Source: Dehalococcoidia bacterium
GTDB taxonomy: Bacteria > Chloroflexota > Dehalococcoidia > UBA2979
Assembly: GCA_965262725.1 (NCBI GenBank)
Contig: OZ253555.1
Location: 1,056,001-1,120,000 of the forward strand
Direction of reading: 5' to 3'
Length of the DNA stretch: 64,000 bases
Position numbers and translations under genes: made by a program. The notes beneath the pieces were generated by a model. That model was given only the letters and a program-made list of their open reading frames with translations, had not been told where the DNA came from and did not search any database. This document shows positions 9,574-19,269 of the stretch, piece after piece. Position 1 is the first letter of the stretch; each line of letters opens with the position of its first letter.

Positions 9574-9936
9574 ATGGCCGTCCTCGCAGAACTCCAACCC
9601 TCAGCCAGCGTCCGCGGCATCATCCCCGACGGCCTCGCCACGGTCGTGAACGTCGAGTGGTACGGCTCGGACGAGATGACGCAGCACCTCATCCGCCCGC
9701 TCGAGTCTGGCGCCGAGCAGGTGGCGGGCGAGTTCGCGGCGAAGTTCGGCAGCCATGCCGAAGCCGCGCGCGATCTCGCTTACCGCCTCTACGTCGTCAG
9801 CGAGCGTAAGCGCCGCGCCGCGGACGCCCTCGCGTATAACGGACTCGTGCAGTCGTGGCCCGAGATCGTGCGCATCGCCGGCGAGCAGTGGGCGACGACC
9901 GCCACTCAGGGTGCGCTCGAGCTCGATGGGGCGTAG
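9574..9936 (+). pseudogene. Chimeric deletion scar: N-terminus of an SNF2/DUF3883 helicase fused in frame to the C-terminus of a DUF1156 methyltransferase
   Basis: LAELQPSASVRGIIPDGLATVVNVEWYGSD is joined at ~9672 to EMTQHLIR...AEAARDLAYRLYVVSERK...ALAYNGLVQSWPEI. Confidence 0.65.
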
Positions 9937-9948
9937 GGGAGCCGGGAC

Positions 9949-10293
9949 GTGACCACCACCGACCGCGAGCGCGCAGCCGAGATCGACACCATCGTCGCGA
10001 CGATGGTGGAGCGTATCGCCGACCGGTTCGACCCGGAGCGCATCCTCCTCTTCGGCTCGCGGGCGCGGGGCGACGCAATGGACTGGAGCGACGTGGATCT
10101 GCTCGTCGTGATGCCCGACGGGACGGACCGGCGCGAGGCCGCGGTCGAGATGGGCGTCGCCGTGGGTGATCTGCCTATCGCCAAGGACATCGTCGTCACG
10201 ACGCCTGCCCACATCGCGCAGCGGGGACACGTCATCGGCACGGTGCTGCGGCCGGCGCTGCGCGATGGCAAGGTCCTCTATGAGCGGGCCTGA
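9949..10293 (+). CDS. Minimal nucleotidyltransferase (MNT) antitoxin-like protein
   Basis: LFGSRARGD...SDVDLLVV motif, 114 aa. Confidence 0.85.
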   Translation: MTTTDRERAAEIDTIVATMVERIADRFDPERILLFGSRARGDAMDWSDVDLLVVMPDGTDRREAAVEMGVAVGDLPIAKDIVVTTPAHIAQRGHVIGTVLRPALRDGKVLYERA

Positions 10294-10350
10294 AGCCGCG
10301 CCGGAGGCGCACCGCCGGCTGCGCTCCGCAAGAGAGGACCTTGCACATGG
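10280..10350 (+). pseudogene. N-terminal stub of the HEPN partner
   Basis: Overlapping ATG; MSGPEAAPEAHRRLRSAREDLA resembles HEPN helix 1, after which similarity is lost. Confidence 0.4.
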
Positions 10351-10621
10351 TCCCGCATGGCGCTTGGCGACGATCCGCCCGTGGTGGGTCCTGCCTGCTT
10401 CACGGTTGGGCATGAGCACCTTGGCGCCCTTGCGTGTCCGCGAGAGCGCTGGGCGATGTCGTCGTGCCGCCACCGAACGAGCTTCACCGCCTCGCCGACC
10501 TGATCGAGGCCACGGAGGCCTCGCGCGACGCAGCCCTTGAGGCCGTGCGCGTGAGGCACGATGTCCTTCGGTACGCCACTATTGCCGCAGTCGCGGCGCC
10601 AGATGGCGGAGGGAGTTGGTG

Positions 10622-12154
10622 ATGTCCCTTACGACCAGCGAGCTCGAGACGAAGCTCTGGGGCGCGGCCGACATCCTCCGCGGCCAGATCGACTCCAGCG
10701 ACTACAAGAACTACATCTTCTCGATGCTCTTCCTGAAGCGCCTCTCCGACCGCTTCGCCGAGGAGGTGGCAAACGCCGTCGCCGCCGGCGTTGCCCGCGA
10801 GGTCGCCGATCATGACCCCGATGAGCACGAGTTCTTCGTCCCGCCCGAGGCCCGCTGGGGCGCCATCGTGCGCGAGTCGATGAACCTGGGCGAGGTGGTC
10901 AACCGCGCCAGCGCCGAAATCGAGGAGGCGAACGCCCCCCGCCTCGACGGCGTCCTGCACAACACCAACTGGAACGATGAGTCGAAGCTCGGCACCCCCG
11001 GCAGCCGCGACCGCATCATCGGCAGCCTGCTGCGTCACTTCGACGCCCTCGACCTGAGTGACGCCAACCTCACCCAGGAGGGCGAGCAGGGCGCCGTCAA
11101 CGTTCTCGGCGACGCCTACGAGTACCTCATCAGCAAGTTCGCCGACGACGCCGGCAAGAAGGGCGGCGAGTTCTACACGCCCCGCTCCGTCGTGCGCCTC
11201 ATCGTCGAGCTGCTGGAGCCGACCGAGGGGATGCGCATCTGCGACCCCACGGCCGGGTCCGCCGGCATGCTCATCTATGCCGCCCAGTACGTTGCGGAGC
11301 AGGGAGGCAACCCCCGCAACCTTGTCCTGCACGGCCAGGAGCGCAACCTCGGCACGCTCGCCATAGGCAAGCTGAACCTGCTCCTGCACGGCCTGCGCTC
11401 CGCCCGTTACGAGGGCGGCGACGTCATTGCCGAGCCTCAATTCCGCGACGAGCGCGGCTCCCTGTTCTCCTACGACCGCGTCGTCGCCAATCCCCCCTTC
11501 AGCCTGAAGGAGTGGGGACACGATTTCGCCCCCAACGACCCCCATCACCGCTTCGACCGCTACGGCGCGATCCCGCCCAGGACCAAGGGCGACCTCGCCT
11601 TCCTCCAGCACATGCTCGCCGTCACGAACCCCGAGGGGACGGTGGGAGTGGTGATGCCGCACGGGATCCTCTTCCGCGGCGGCGCCGAGGGGACCATCCG
11701 CAAGGGCATCGTCGAGGCCGACCTGTTCGAGGCGGTCATCGGGCTGGCGCCCAACCTCTTCTACGGCTCCAGTATCCCCGTGGCCGTCTGCATCCTGAAC
11801 AAGCGCAAGCTGTCCGAGCGCCGCGGCAAGGTGCTCTTCATCGATGCTGCCCAGCCCGACTACTTCCGCGCGGGCAAGGCCCAGAACTTCCTCGACGCCG
11901 TCCATGTGTCGAGCATCGTCGAGGCGTTCCGCTCCTACGCCGAGGTCGAGCGCTTCGCCCACGTGGCAGACCTGGAGGAGGTCGCCGCGAACGACTACAA
12001 CCTCAACATCAGCCGCTACGTCGACACGACCGAGCCCGTCGAGGTCTCGAGCGTCGAGGACGCCCTCGCGCAGCTCCGCGAGGCCGAGCGCAAGCGCGAC
12101 GAGGCGGCCGCCCACATGGGTGAGTTGCTGGCGGAGCTGGGCTATGGCTCCTAG
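10622..12154 (+). CDS. hsdM: Type I R-M methyltransferase subunit
   Basis: LWGAADILRG, GEFYTPR, DPTAGSAG, NPPF (m6A), VMPHGILFRG, YNLNISRY. Confidence 0.96.
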   Translation: MSLTTSELETKLWGAADILRGQIDSSDYKNYIFSMLFLKRLSDRFAEEVANAVAAGVAREVADHDPDEHEFFVPPEARWGAIVRESMNLGEVVNRASAEIEEANAPRLDGVLHNTNWNDESKLGTPGSRDRIIGSLLRHFDALDLSDANLTQEGEQGAVNVLGDAYEYLISKFADDAGKKGGEFYTPRSVVRLIVELLEPTEGMRICDPTAGSAGMLIYAAQYVAEQGGNPRNLVLHGQERNLGTLAIGKLNLLLHGLRSARYEGGDVIAEPQFRDERGSLFSYDRVVANPPFSLKEWGHDFAPNDPHHRFDRYGAIPPRTKGDLAFLQHMLAVTNPEGTVGVVMPHGILFRGGAEGTIRKGIVEADLFEAVIGLAPNLFYGSSIPVAVCILNKRKLSERRGKVLFIDAAQPDYFRAGKAQNFLDAVHVSSIVEAFRSYAEVERFAHVADLEEVAANDYNLNISRYVDTTEPVEVSSVEDALAQLREAERKRDEAAAHMGELLAELGYGS

Positions 12155-12320
12155 ATCCATGCCGGTTGGGTGGCACCTCGTACTTCTGGGGGATGTCGCA
12201 AGGGTTGAGACGGGAGGCACACCGAGTCGATCCGAGCCGGCATGTTGGGGCGGACACGTCCCGAGGATGTCGCTAGGTCGTCCGCCGAGTACGGCAACGA
12301 CACCCCCACGCTTTCGATGA
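12144..12320 (+). pseudogene. hsdS: Vestigial N-terminus of a different hsdS
   Basis: MAPRSMPVGWHLVLLGDVARVETGGTPSRSEPACWGGHVP (HsdS start with GGTPS TRD motif) overlaps the hsdM stop, then truncates. Confidence 0.75.
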
Positions 12321-12381
12321 GGTTCGAGCTTGCGGAGGTCGAGGTCCCGGCCCCGCAGGCCCCGCAGGCGGCGCAGGCGGG

Positions 12382-13659
12382 ATGGCCGTGACTGGCGGGA
12401 AACATCTCGCTTCTCTTCTTGCCTCAGCGCGTCCAGGCGTCTGGGGCAACGGTGATCCGACCCCAGAGGCTTCGATCGCCGTGCGCGTGGTGCGTAATGG
12501 CGATGTACCAGCGGACCGACGTATCCGCTGGCAGGAGCTCCCAGTCCGCTGGGTGAACGAGCGCGAACTGCGAGCCTCTGAGGTCTCTCCTAAAGACACA
12601 CTCTTGGTGTCTTCGGGTTACATCGGCAAGAGTGCCCGTCTGCCCAAGGAGGGCGTGCCCGAACCGGTAGTCGCTTCGAACTTTGTGCGAGTTGTGCGTC
12701 CGTCCGATGGAGTGGATCCAGAGTGGTTGTTCTGGCTCCTAGGGAGCAACGAGGCGCTGACCGCCATGAACAGGCATTCGGCGGGGACGAGCATTGTCAA
12801 TCTTCAAGCGAGCTTCTTCAGCCAGTGGGTGGTGCCTTTCCTCCCGCCCCTCCCCGAGCAGCGAGCCATCGCCGCCGTGCTCGACTCCATCGCAAAGGCG
12901 ATCGAGCGGACCGAGGAGGTCATCGCCGCCACCGAACGCCTCCGCGACGCCCTCCTCCACGAGCTCCTGACGCACGGCCTCCCCGGCCACCACACTGCCT
13001 GGCGCGACATCCCCGGCCTCGGCACCATTCCCGCCTGCTGGGAGCTGGTGCGGCTGGGGGATCTATGCAGGCGCATTACCAAGGGAACCACGCCAACGAC
13101 GCTGGGTCACGACTACGCGCCCTCAGGGGTGCGATTCCTACGCGTGGAGAACATCGCTGATGGGGTGGTCGCGGGGGGAAAGCAGCGCTTCATAACCGAA
13201 GAAACTCACCGGATGCTTTCCCGCTCTGTCCTGGAGGAAAACGATCTCCTGCTGAGTATTGCAGGTGCGCTGGGCCGCTCAGCATTGATCACAGGAGGGA
13301 TTCTCCCTGCGAATGTCAATCAAGCCCTCGCGATCATTCGACTGAACAGGGAGTTGCGTGCAACGCCAGGGTTCACGTCGCTCACACTCCGCGGTCTTTT
13401 TGTGCAGAGACAGGTAGAAGGCATGCGGGCGGAGCTCGCACAAGCGAACATCAACCTTCAACAGGTCGGCAGTCTGACGATGCCGCTTCCGCCCCTCCCC
13501 GAGCAGCGAGCCATCACCGCGACGCTCGACAGCGTCGACGCCGCCATCGAGCACGCGCGCGCAGAGCGCGCCGCCCTACAATCGTCGAAAGCATCCACCG
13601 CGGACGGGCTCCTGGCGGGTCGCGTTCGGGTACCTCTTGTGAACGATGGTCGTGCCTGA
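12382..13659 (+). CDS. hsdS: Type I R-M specificity subunit
   Basis: Two TRDs, each followed by PPLPEQRAI repeats; central IPACWELVRLGD; TRD sequence is less GC-rich. Confidence 0.92.
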   Translation: MAVTGGKHLASLLASARPGVWGNGDPTPEASIAVRVVRNGDVPADRRIRWQELPVRWVNERELRASEVSPKDTLLVSSGYIGKSARLPKEGVPEPVVASNFVRVVRPSDGVDPEWLFWLLGSNEALTAMNRHSAGTSIVNLQASFFSQWVVPFLPPLPEQRAIAAVLDSIAKAIERTEEVIAATERLRDALLHELLTHGLPGHHTAWRDIPGLGTIPACWELVRLGDLCRRITKGTTPTTLGHDYAPSGVRFLRVENIADGVVAGGKQRFITEETHRMLSRSVLEENDLLLSIAGALGRSALITGGILPANVNQALAIIRLNRELRATPGFTSLTLRGLFVQRQVEGMRAELAQANINLQQVGSLTMPLPPLPEQRAITATLDSVDAAIEHARAERAALQSSKASTADGLLAGRVRVPLVNDGRA

Positions 13660-14692
13660 ACTACCTTCACTCGACGAGGCGCTTGCCCAAGCCGACGGTA
13701 GTGCGAAGCGCCACGTATTGCTCGGCAACGGCTTCAGCATCGGTGCCCACGCAAAGTTTTCGTACGGGACACTGTATGAGCAGGCGAAGCAGGCGACCCT
13801 TCCAGACCATGTCATGGAGCTATTCGATTGTTTCGGAACAACGAACTTTGAACAGGTGATGCGCCAGCTCGACAATGCTCAGCGGCTCGCGGATCACTAC
13901 CGACTCGTGCCAACTGACGATGATCGCGACATGAGGAGCGATTATGAGGCATTAAAGGACGCCCTGGTCAGCGCGATCGCCGATACGCACCCTGCTGTTC
14001 CGGGCGAGGTTGGAGAGAACAAACTTTCGAGTTGCTCTGCATTTCTTGACCGATTCCACACCATTTTCACTACAAACTACGACTTGCTGCTCTACTGGGC
14101 TTCGGTCTCCCAATTTCAGGATGGCTTTGGAAGGGAGCAGGACACTCCTGAAGAGTATGTGGTTTTTCGGCAAGAGAGTGTTCGTGGTAAATTCATCTAC
14201 TTCCTTCACGGTGCTCTCCACCTAACAACTGCGGGTGGTGAGGTGAGAAAGTTTGTCTGGAGCACGACTGGCATACCTCTAATGCAGCAGGTGGAGGCCG
14301 CTCTCGATCAGAGACATTACCCCTTGGTTGTGTCCGAGGGTTCTCACACCGATAAGGCCATCCGAATTGAGGCTAGCAGCTATCTCTCCTGGGCGTTCCG
14401 CCGCTTCGAAAACATCCAAGGGACGCTGTTCACTTACGGTTCCGCGCTGTCGCATCAGGATCGACATCTCCTTGAAGCGATAGCTCGCAACCAACGCTTG
14501 AAGTCCCTTGTTGTGGGCGTCTATGGGGATCCAAGCTCGGAGCCGAACAGCGGATTGATGGCAACTGCGCAACGACTCCGCACTCGCAGGAAAGAACATC
14601 ATCCTGGGTCCCGTTCTGATCGCAGGCGTGGGCCCCATGAACTTGATGTTCGCTTCTATGATGCGGGGAGCGTCGCCGTCTGGGGTGCTTGA
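13646..14692 (+). CDS. DUF4917 / SIR2-like protein embedded in the R-M operon
   Basis: LLGNGFS, FTTNYDLLLYW, FLHGALHL, YPLVVSEG motifs; visibly lower GC. Confidence 0.75.
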   Translation: MVVPELPSLDEALAQADGSAKRHVLLGNGFSIGAHAKFSYGTLYEQAKQATLPDHVMELFDCFGTTNFEQVMRQLDNAQRLADHYRLVPTDDDRDMRSDYEALKDALVSAIADTHPAVPGEVGENKLSSCSAFLDRFHTIFTTNYDLLLYWASVSQFQDGFGREQDTPEEYVVFRQESVRGKFIYFLHGALHLTTAGGEVRKFVWSTTGIPLMQQVEAALDQRHYPLVVSEGSHTDKAIRIEASSYLSWAFRRFENIQGTLFTYGSALSHQDRHLLEAIARNQRLKSLVVGVYGDPSSEPNSGLMATAQRLRTRRKEHHPGSRSDRRRGPHELDVRFYDAGSVAVWGA

Positions 14693-14747
14693 GACCTCAC
14701 AGCGCCTCTTGGGGACGCATGTTCTCGGGGCACCTGCGGCCACCTCG

Positions 14748-14753
14748 TACAAT
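14748..14753 (+). promoter_or_regulatory. -10 box TACAAT, leaderless promoter for mntA-hepT-hsdR
   Basis: TACAAT lies 6 nt before ATG 14760, the same geometry seen at several core genes. Confidence 0.55.
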
Positions 14754-14759
14754 GACTCC

Positions 14760-15059
14760 ATGGACCCCATGAACCGCGACGAACTCCTCGCGACGCTCCG
14801 GGCGCACAGGGAAACGCTTGCCGAGCGGTTCGGCGTGACGAGCTTGGCGCTCTTCGGTTCGTACGCCCGCGGCCAGGCCATCGAGACAAGCGACGTCGAC
14901 ATCCTCGTCCGCTTCGACGGGCCGGCCACGTCGAAGTCGTACTTCGGCGTGCAGTTCTACCTTGAGGACCTCCTCGGCCGGCCAGTCGATCTCGTCACCG
15001 ACAAGGCGCTGCGCCCCTCGTTCCGCCCCTACGTGGAGCGCGAGGCCGTGGATGTCTGA
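14760..15059 (+). CDS. mntA: MntA-type nucleotidyltransferase antitoxin
   Basis: LALFGSYARG...SDVDILV...LLGRPVDLVT. Confidence 0.88.
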   Translation: MDPMNRDELLATLRAHRETLAERFGVTSLALFGSYARGQAIETSDVDILVRFDGPATSKSYFGVQFYLEDLLGRPVDLVTDKALRPSFRPYVEREAVDV

Positions 15060-15417
15060 CCCGGACGAAGAATCCCGCGACTGGCGGCTTTACGTTCAGG
15101 ACATGATGGAGTTCGCGGAGCAGGCTGCCTCCTACGCGGAGGGGCTTGACCAGCGGGCGTTCACCGCCGACCGGCGCACGTACGACGCCACGCTGCGCAA
15201 CATCGAGCTCATCGGCGAAGCAGCGACGCATGTTCCCGAGCGGGTGCGTGAGGCGCACCCTCAGATCGAGTGGCGGCAGGTGATGGCAACCAGGAATCGT
15301 GTGGCTCACGCCTACATGGGCATCGACGACGACGTCATCTGGGACATCATCCAGACCGACCTCCCGGATCTCTTGGCCGCACTGAGGAAGCTCTTGGAGG
15401 AGGAGCAGCAGGCATGA
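15052..15417 (+). CDS. hepT: HepT/DUF86 HEPN RNase toxin
   Basis: IGEAA...RNRVAHAY (RxxxxH plus Tyr); overlaps mntA and hsdR. Confidence 0.88.
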   Translation: MSDPDEESRDWRLYVQDMMEFAEQAASYAEGLDQRAFTADRRTYDATLRNIELIGEAATHVPERVREAHPQIEWRQVMATRNRVAHAYMGIDDDVIWDIIQTDLPDLLAALRKLLEEEQQA

Positions 15418-18400
15418 CCTCCTCCGCCAAGCTGAACGAACTCAACCTCGCCGAGAACCCTGCGCGCGAGCTGCTGGAACGCCTCGGCTGGACCTACGTT
15501 CCCCGCGAGACGCTGGCGGGGGAGCGTGACGCCGAGCGCGACGTGCTCCTGTACCGGCGTCTCACGGCCGCGCTCATGCGCCTCAACGAGTGGATGACTG
15601 CGGACCAGGCGCAGCGCGTCATCTTCAACCTCCAGCACCTCGACGCCACCGGCCTCGCGCGCAACCAGGCCGTCCACGAATACCTCTCGTACGGCATGCC
15701 CCTCACCGTCGATCGTGGCGGCCGCCAGGAGACGCCCACCGTTCGCTTCTTCGACTTCGACCACCCCGAGCCCGGCGTCGGGCTGAACGAGTACGTCGTC
15801 ACCACGCAGTTCCGGGTGCGTCGCGGCAGCGAGCGCGGCGCCCGGCGCGCCAGCGAGGACGACGAGCGCGTCGTCAAGCCCGACCTCGCCCTGTTCGTGA
15901 ACGGCATCCCCCTCGTCGTCATGGAGGCGAAGTCGCCTACGCTGCTGGAGGTCTGGAAGACGCAGGCCGTCAGGCAGTTGCGTCGCTACCAGGAGGCCGG
16001 GCCGGAGTGGCATGGCGCCGGCGCCCCCGAGCTCTTCGACACGAACCTCATGTGCGTCGCCCACTGCGGCGCCGATGCCGCCTTCGGCTCGTTGGGCGCC
16101 CCCGAGAATGCCTACGCCGGTTGGAAGTCGATCGAGCCGTTCACTGAGCGGGAGTTCGAGCGCCGCCTCGGCACGCCGCCCGAGGGGCAGGCGCGTCTCA
16201 TCGCCGGCCTGCTCAATCCCCCCACGCTCCTCGACATCCTGCGCGACTACGTCGTCTTCGAGCACGAGCGCGGGCGGCTGGTGAAGAAGCTGCCGCGCTA
16301 CCAGCAGTACCGCGCCGTGCGCCACGGCATCAAGCGCATCCTGGAGGGCCGCACGCCGGAGGAGCGGGGCGGCGTCGTCTGGCACACGCAGGGCTCCGGG
16401 AAGTCGCTCACGATGCTCTGGCTGGCGACGAAGCTGCGCCGCTCACCCGCCCTCCGCAACCCCACGATCGTCGTCGTCACCGACCGCACCCAGCTCGACC
16501 AGCAGATCACGAGGACGTTCCAGCAGGCGGCGGTCGACGAGCCCGAGCGCGCGAACAGCGCGCGCCGCCTCCGCGAGCTGCTCCGCACGAACAACGGCCG
16601 CACGGTCATGACGACCATCCAGAAGTTCGAGGACGTGTTGAACGCCCCCGCCGGCCCGCTGGGCCACCTCAACGACGCTGACAACGTGGTCGTGATGGTC
16701 GACGAGGCGCATCGCACGCAGTACGGACGCCTCGCCGCGAAGATGCGTGCGGCCATGCCGCAAGCCACGTTCGTGGGCTTCACCGGCACGCCCATCGACA
16801 AGGACTTCAAGCGGACCACGCTCGGCGTCTTCGGCGAGCTGATCGACTCGTATACCATCCCGCAGTCGGTCGAGGACGGCGCCACCGTGCCCATCTACTA
16901 CGAGGCGCGCCTCCCCGAGCTGCACGTTGAGGGCCCGGAGACGCTCGACCGCCTCTTCGAGGCGCTTTTCGGCGACGAGGCGGAGGAGACGCGCGGCGAG
17001 ATCCGCCGCCGCTACGCAAACAAGGAGCGCATCGCGGAGGCGGCCAAGCGCATCGAGGCGATCGCCCTGGACATCTCTGAGCACTTCAGAAAGAAGGTCC
17101 AGCCGAACGGCTTCAAGGCACAGGTCGTGGTGCCAAGCCGCGCCGCCGCCATGCGCTACGCGCAGCACCTGAACGCCTTCGGGCTCCCGGCCTACCCGGT
17201 CATCACTACGTCCCACAACGACGGCCCGGAGTTCGACGCAGCCCGCGAACTGAACCAGGACAAGATCGTCGGGGACTTCATTGACCCGGACGGCGAGCCG
17301 CAGGTGCTGGTCGTGGTCGACAAGCTGATCACGGGCTTCGACGCGCCCGTCGAGCAGGTCCTCTACCTCGACCGGTCCATCCGGGAGCACACGCTCCTGC
17401 AGGCCATCGCCCGCGTGAACCGCCGCTTCTCGCACACGAAGAACGGCGCCCCGACGGAGAAGCAGTACGGCCTCGTGGTCGACTACCACGGCGTCTCGCG
17501 GGAGCTCGAGAGTGCGCTCGCCGTCTTCGACTCCGGCGACCTCCAGCAGGCCCTCACGGAGCTGGAGGACCCCGCCCCCGTCATCCAGGCCGCCGCCGAC
17601 AAGGCCGAGGCACACTTCCGCGGGCTCGACCTCGACGACCCGTGGGCGTGTGTCCACCACTTTGACGCCGACGCCACGACCGAGGGCGACTACAGGGCCG
17701 ACGTCTACGAGCGGTTCGACCGTGACTACGGCGACTTCTCCACGCTGATGGACCGCTTCCTCCCGGACCCGGCAGCACTCGGCTACCTAGACCGCCTGCG
17801 CAGGCTGACGGTCATCCGCTCGTACGCGCGCGCCCAGTTCCTGCGGGAGCGTGCCGACATCGACTGGACTGCCATCGGGGCGAAGGTCAAGCAGTTGCTC
17901 GACTCGCGCATCGACGCAAGCGTCCGCGAACTCATGGCGCCCGTCTCCATCCTCGACCAGGACTTCGAGCAGAAGATCGAGCGCCTCCCGCACGACGAGG
18001 CTCGTGCCTCGCTGATGGAGCACGCACTGCGGTCGCAGATCAAGGAGCGGCTCGAGGAGAACCCTGTGTTCTACGAGCGGCTCTCCGAGGCCCTCGAGCG
18101 CATCATCCGCGAGTTGCGCGCCAGGTTGATCGACGCCGCCGAGGGCTGCAAGCAGATGGCAGCGCTGCGGGAGCAGATCACGCGGGAGGAGGCCATCGCC
18201 GCCGAGCACGGCCTGACCCCGGTGTCGTTCGCGGTCTACGGGCTACTGGCTGGCAAGGGCGACGAGGCAAGCGGCCTCACCGATGGCTTTCGCGAAGCGG
18301 CCGAAGAAATCGCCCCCTACGACGCCGAGTTCGACGGCGGACTGAAGGACGTGGCCCTCGACATCGAGGGCGTCATCCAGGAGCACCGCTCCATCATCGA

Positions 18401-18542
18401 CTGGCGAGAGAACCTCGACGTCCAGCGGGAGATGCGGCGGGACATCAAGCGGCTCCTCCGCAGTGCTGGCCGCTATGGCGAGGACGAACTCGACGAATTC
18501 GTCCGCCAGGTCATGGAGGTCGCCAGGCGGAGGCTCGCATGA
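15414..18542 (+). CDS. hsdR: Type I R-M restriction subunit
   Basis: PDLALFVNGIPLVVMEAK nuclease motif, HTQGSGKS, DEAHR, FTGTP, TGFDAP, QAIARVNR. Confidence 0.96.
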   Translation: MTSSAKLNELNLAENPARELLERLGWTYVPRETLAGERDAERDVLLYRRLTAALMRLNEWMTADQAQRVIFNLQHLDATGLARNQAVHEYLSYGMPLTVDRGGRQETPTVRFFDFDHPEPGVGLNEYVVTTQFRVRRGSERGARRASEDDERVVKPDLALFVNGIPLVVMEAKSPTLLEVWKTQAVRQLRRYQEAGPEWHGAGAPELFDTNLMCVAHCGADAAFGSLGAPENAYAGWKSIEPFTEREFERRLGTPPEGQARLIAGLLNPPTLLDILRDYVVFEHERGRLVKKLPRYQQYRAVRHGIKRILEGRTPEERGGVVWHTQGSGKSLTMLWLATKLRRSPALRNPTIVVVTDRTQLDQQITRTFQQAAVDEPERANSARRLRELLRTNNGRTVMTTIQKFEDVLNAPAGPLGHLNDADNVVVMVDEAHRTQYGRLAAKMRAAMPQATFVGFTGTPIDKDFKRTTLGVFGELIDSYTIPQSVEDGATVPIYYEARLPELHVEGPETLDRLFEALFGDEAEETRGEIRRRYANKERIAEAAKRIEAIALDISEHFRKKVQPNGFKAQVVVPSRAAAMRYAQHLNAFGLPAYPVITTSHNDGPEFDAARELNQDKIVGDFIDPDGEPQVLVVVDKLITGFDAPVEQVLYLDRSIREHTLLQAIARVNRRFSHTKNGAPTEKQYGLVVDYHGVSRELESALAVFDSGDLQQALTELEDPAPVIQAAADKAEAHFRGLDLDDPWACVHHFDADATTEGDYRADVYERFDRDYGDFSTLMDRFLPDPAALGYLDRLRRLTVIRSYARAQFLRERADIDWTAIGAKVKQLLDSRIDASVRELMAPVSILDQDFEQKIERLPHDEARASLMEHALRSQIKERLEENPVFYERLSEALERIIRELRARLIDAAEGCKQMAALREQITREEAIAAEHGLTPVSFAVYGLLAGKGDEASGLTDGFREAAEEIAPYDAEFDGGLKDVALDIEGVIQEHRSIIDWRENLDVQREMRRDIKRLLRSAGRYGEDELDEFVRQVMEVARRRLA

Positions 18543-19267
18543 CCGAGCGCGGTGAGGTCAGCTTCGGCGACACTCGAATCAAGTACAAGGTTGTCCGCAG
18601 CCCGAAGCGGCACAAGACGATCGAGGTGACTGTCGACGAGCCCGGTCTGGTCACCGTGGCGGCGCCCGTCCATGTCCCGCCGAAGCAGTTGGAAGCGACA
18701 GTCCGCCGACGCGCTGGTTGGATTATCCGACATGACGGCGCCGCCTCCGCGGCGCTACCGCCCCGTCGGTTCGTGAGCGGCGAGTCGCTCCCCTACCTCG
18801 GGCGCTCCGTTCGTCTCACCGTCCACCCCACCGACGATGCTGGGGTCAGGATCAGGTTTCACCACTGGCAGTTCGACGTAGATGTCCCGCGCTCACTCCA
18901 CGGCGACGAGCGTCTGGAGAAGGTACGTGCCGCCTTCGAGGCGTGGTACCGCGAGCGAGCAGCGACGAAGCTGGCTCCACGGGTCGACCGGGTCGCGAGC
19001 CTCCTCGGTGTCCAACCGAAGGAGGTGCTCATCCGGAACCAGCGCCGCCGCTGGGCTAGCTGCGCCGCGGATGGGACGCTTCGCTTCAACTGGCGCGCCA
19101 TCATGGCCCCACCCGCCCTCCTCGACTACGTTGTCGCCCACGAACTGGCGCACCTAAGGGTCCGCAGCCATACGCCCCAATACTGGGCCGTCGTCGCCCA
19201 GGCAGTGCCGGACTATCGGCTGCGTCGTGAACGCCTCCGGGAGATCGGACCCCTCCTCAGCATCTGA
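18539..19267 (+). CDS. YgjP-like M48/DUF45 metallopeptidase
   Basis: RWASC, DYVVAHELAH; this family commonly follows hsdR. Confidence 0.88.
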   Translation: MTERGEVSFGDTRIKYKVVRSPKRHKTIEVTVDEPGLVTVAAPVHVPPKQLEATVRRRAGWIIRHDGAASAALPPRRFVSGESLPYLGRSVRLTVHPTDDAGVRIRFHHWQFDVDVPRSLHGDERLEKVRAAFEAWYRERAATKLAPRVDRVASLLGVQPKEVLIRNQRRRWASCAADGTLRFNWRAIMAPPALLDYVVAHELAHLRVRSHTPQYWAVVAQAVPDYRLRRERLREIGPLLSI

Positions 19268-19269
19268 GC

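Noticed and set aside
12844-13515. Repeated CCGCCCCTCCCCGAGCAGCGAGCCATC in hsdS as a shufflon site
   Set aside because: These are the ordinary direct conserved regions of HsdS; there are no inverted silent cassettes or invertase.
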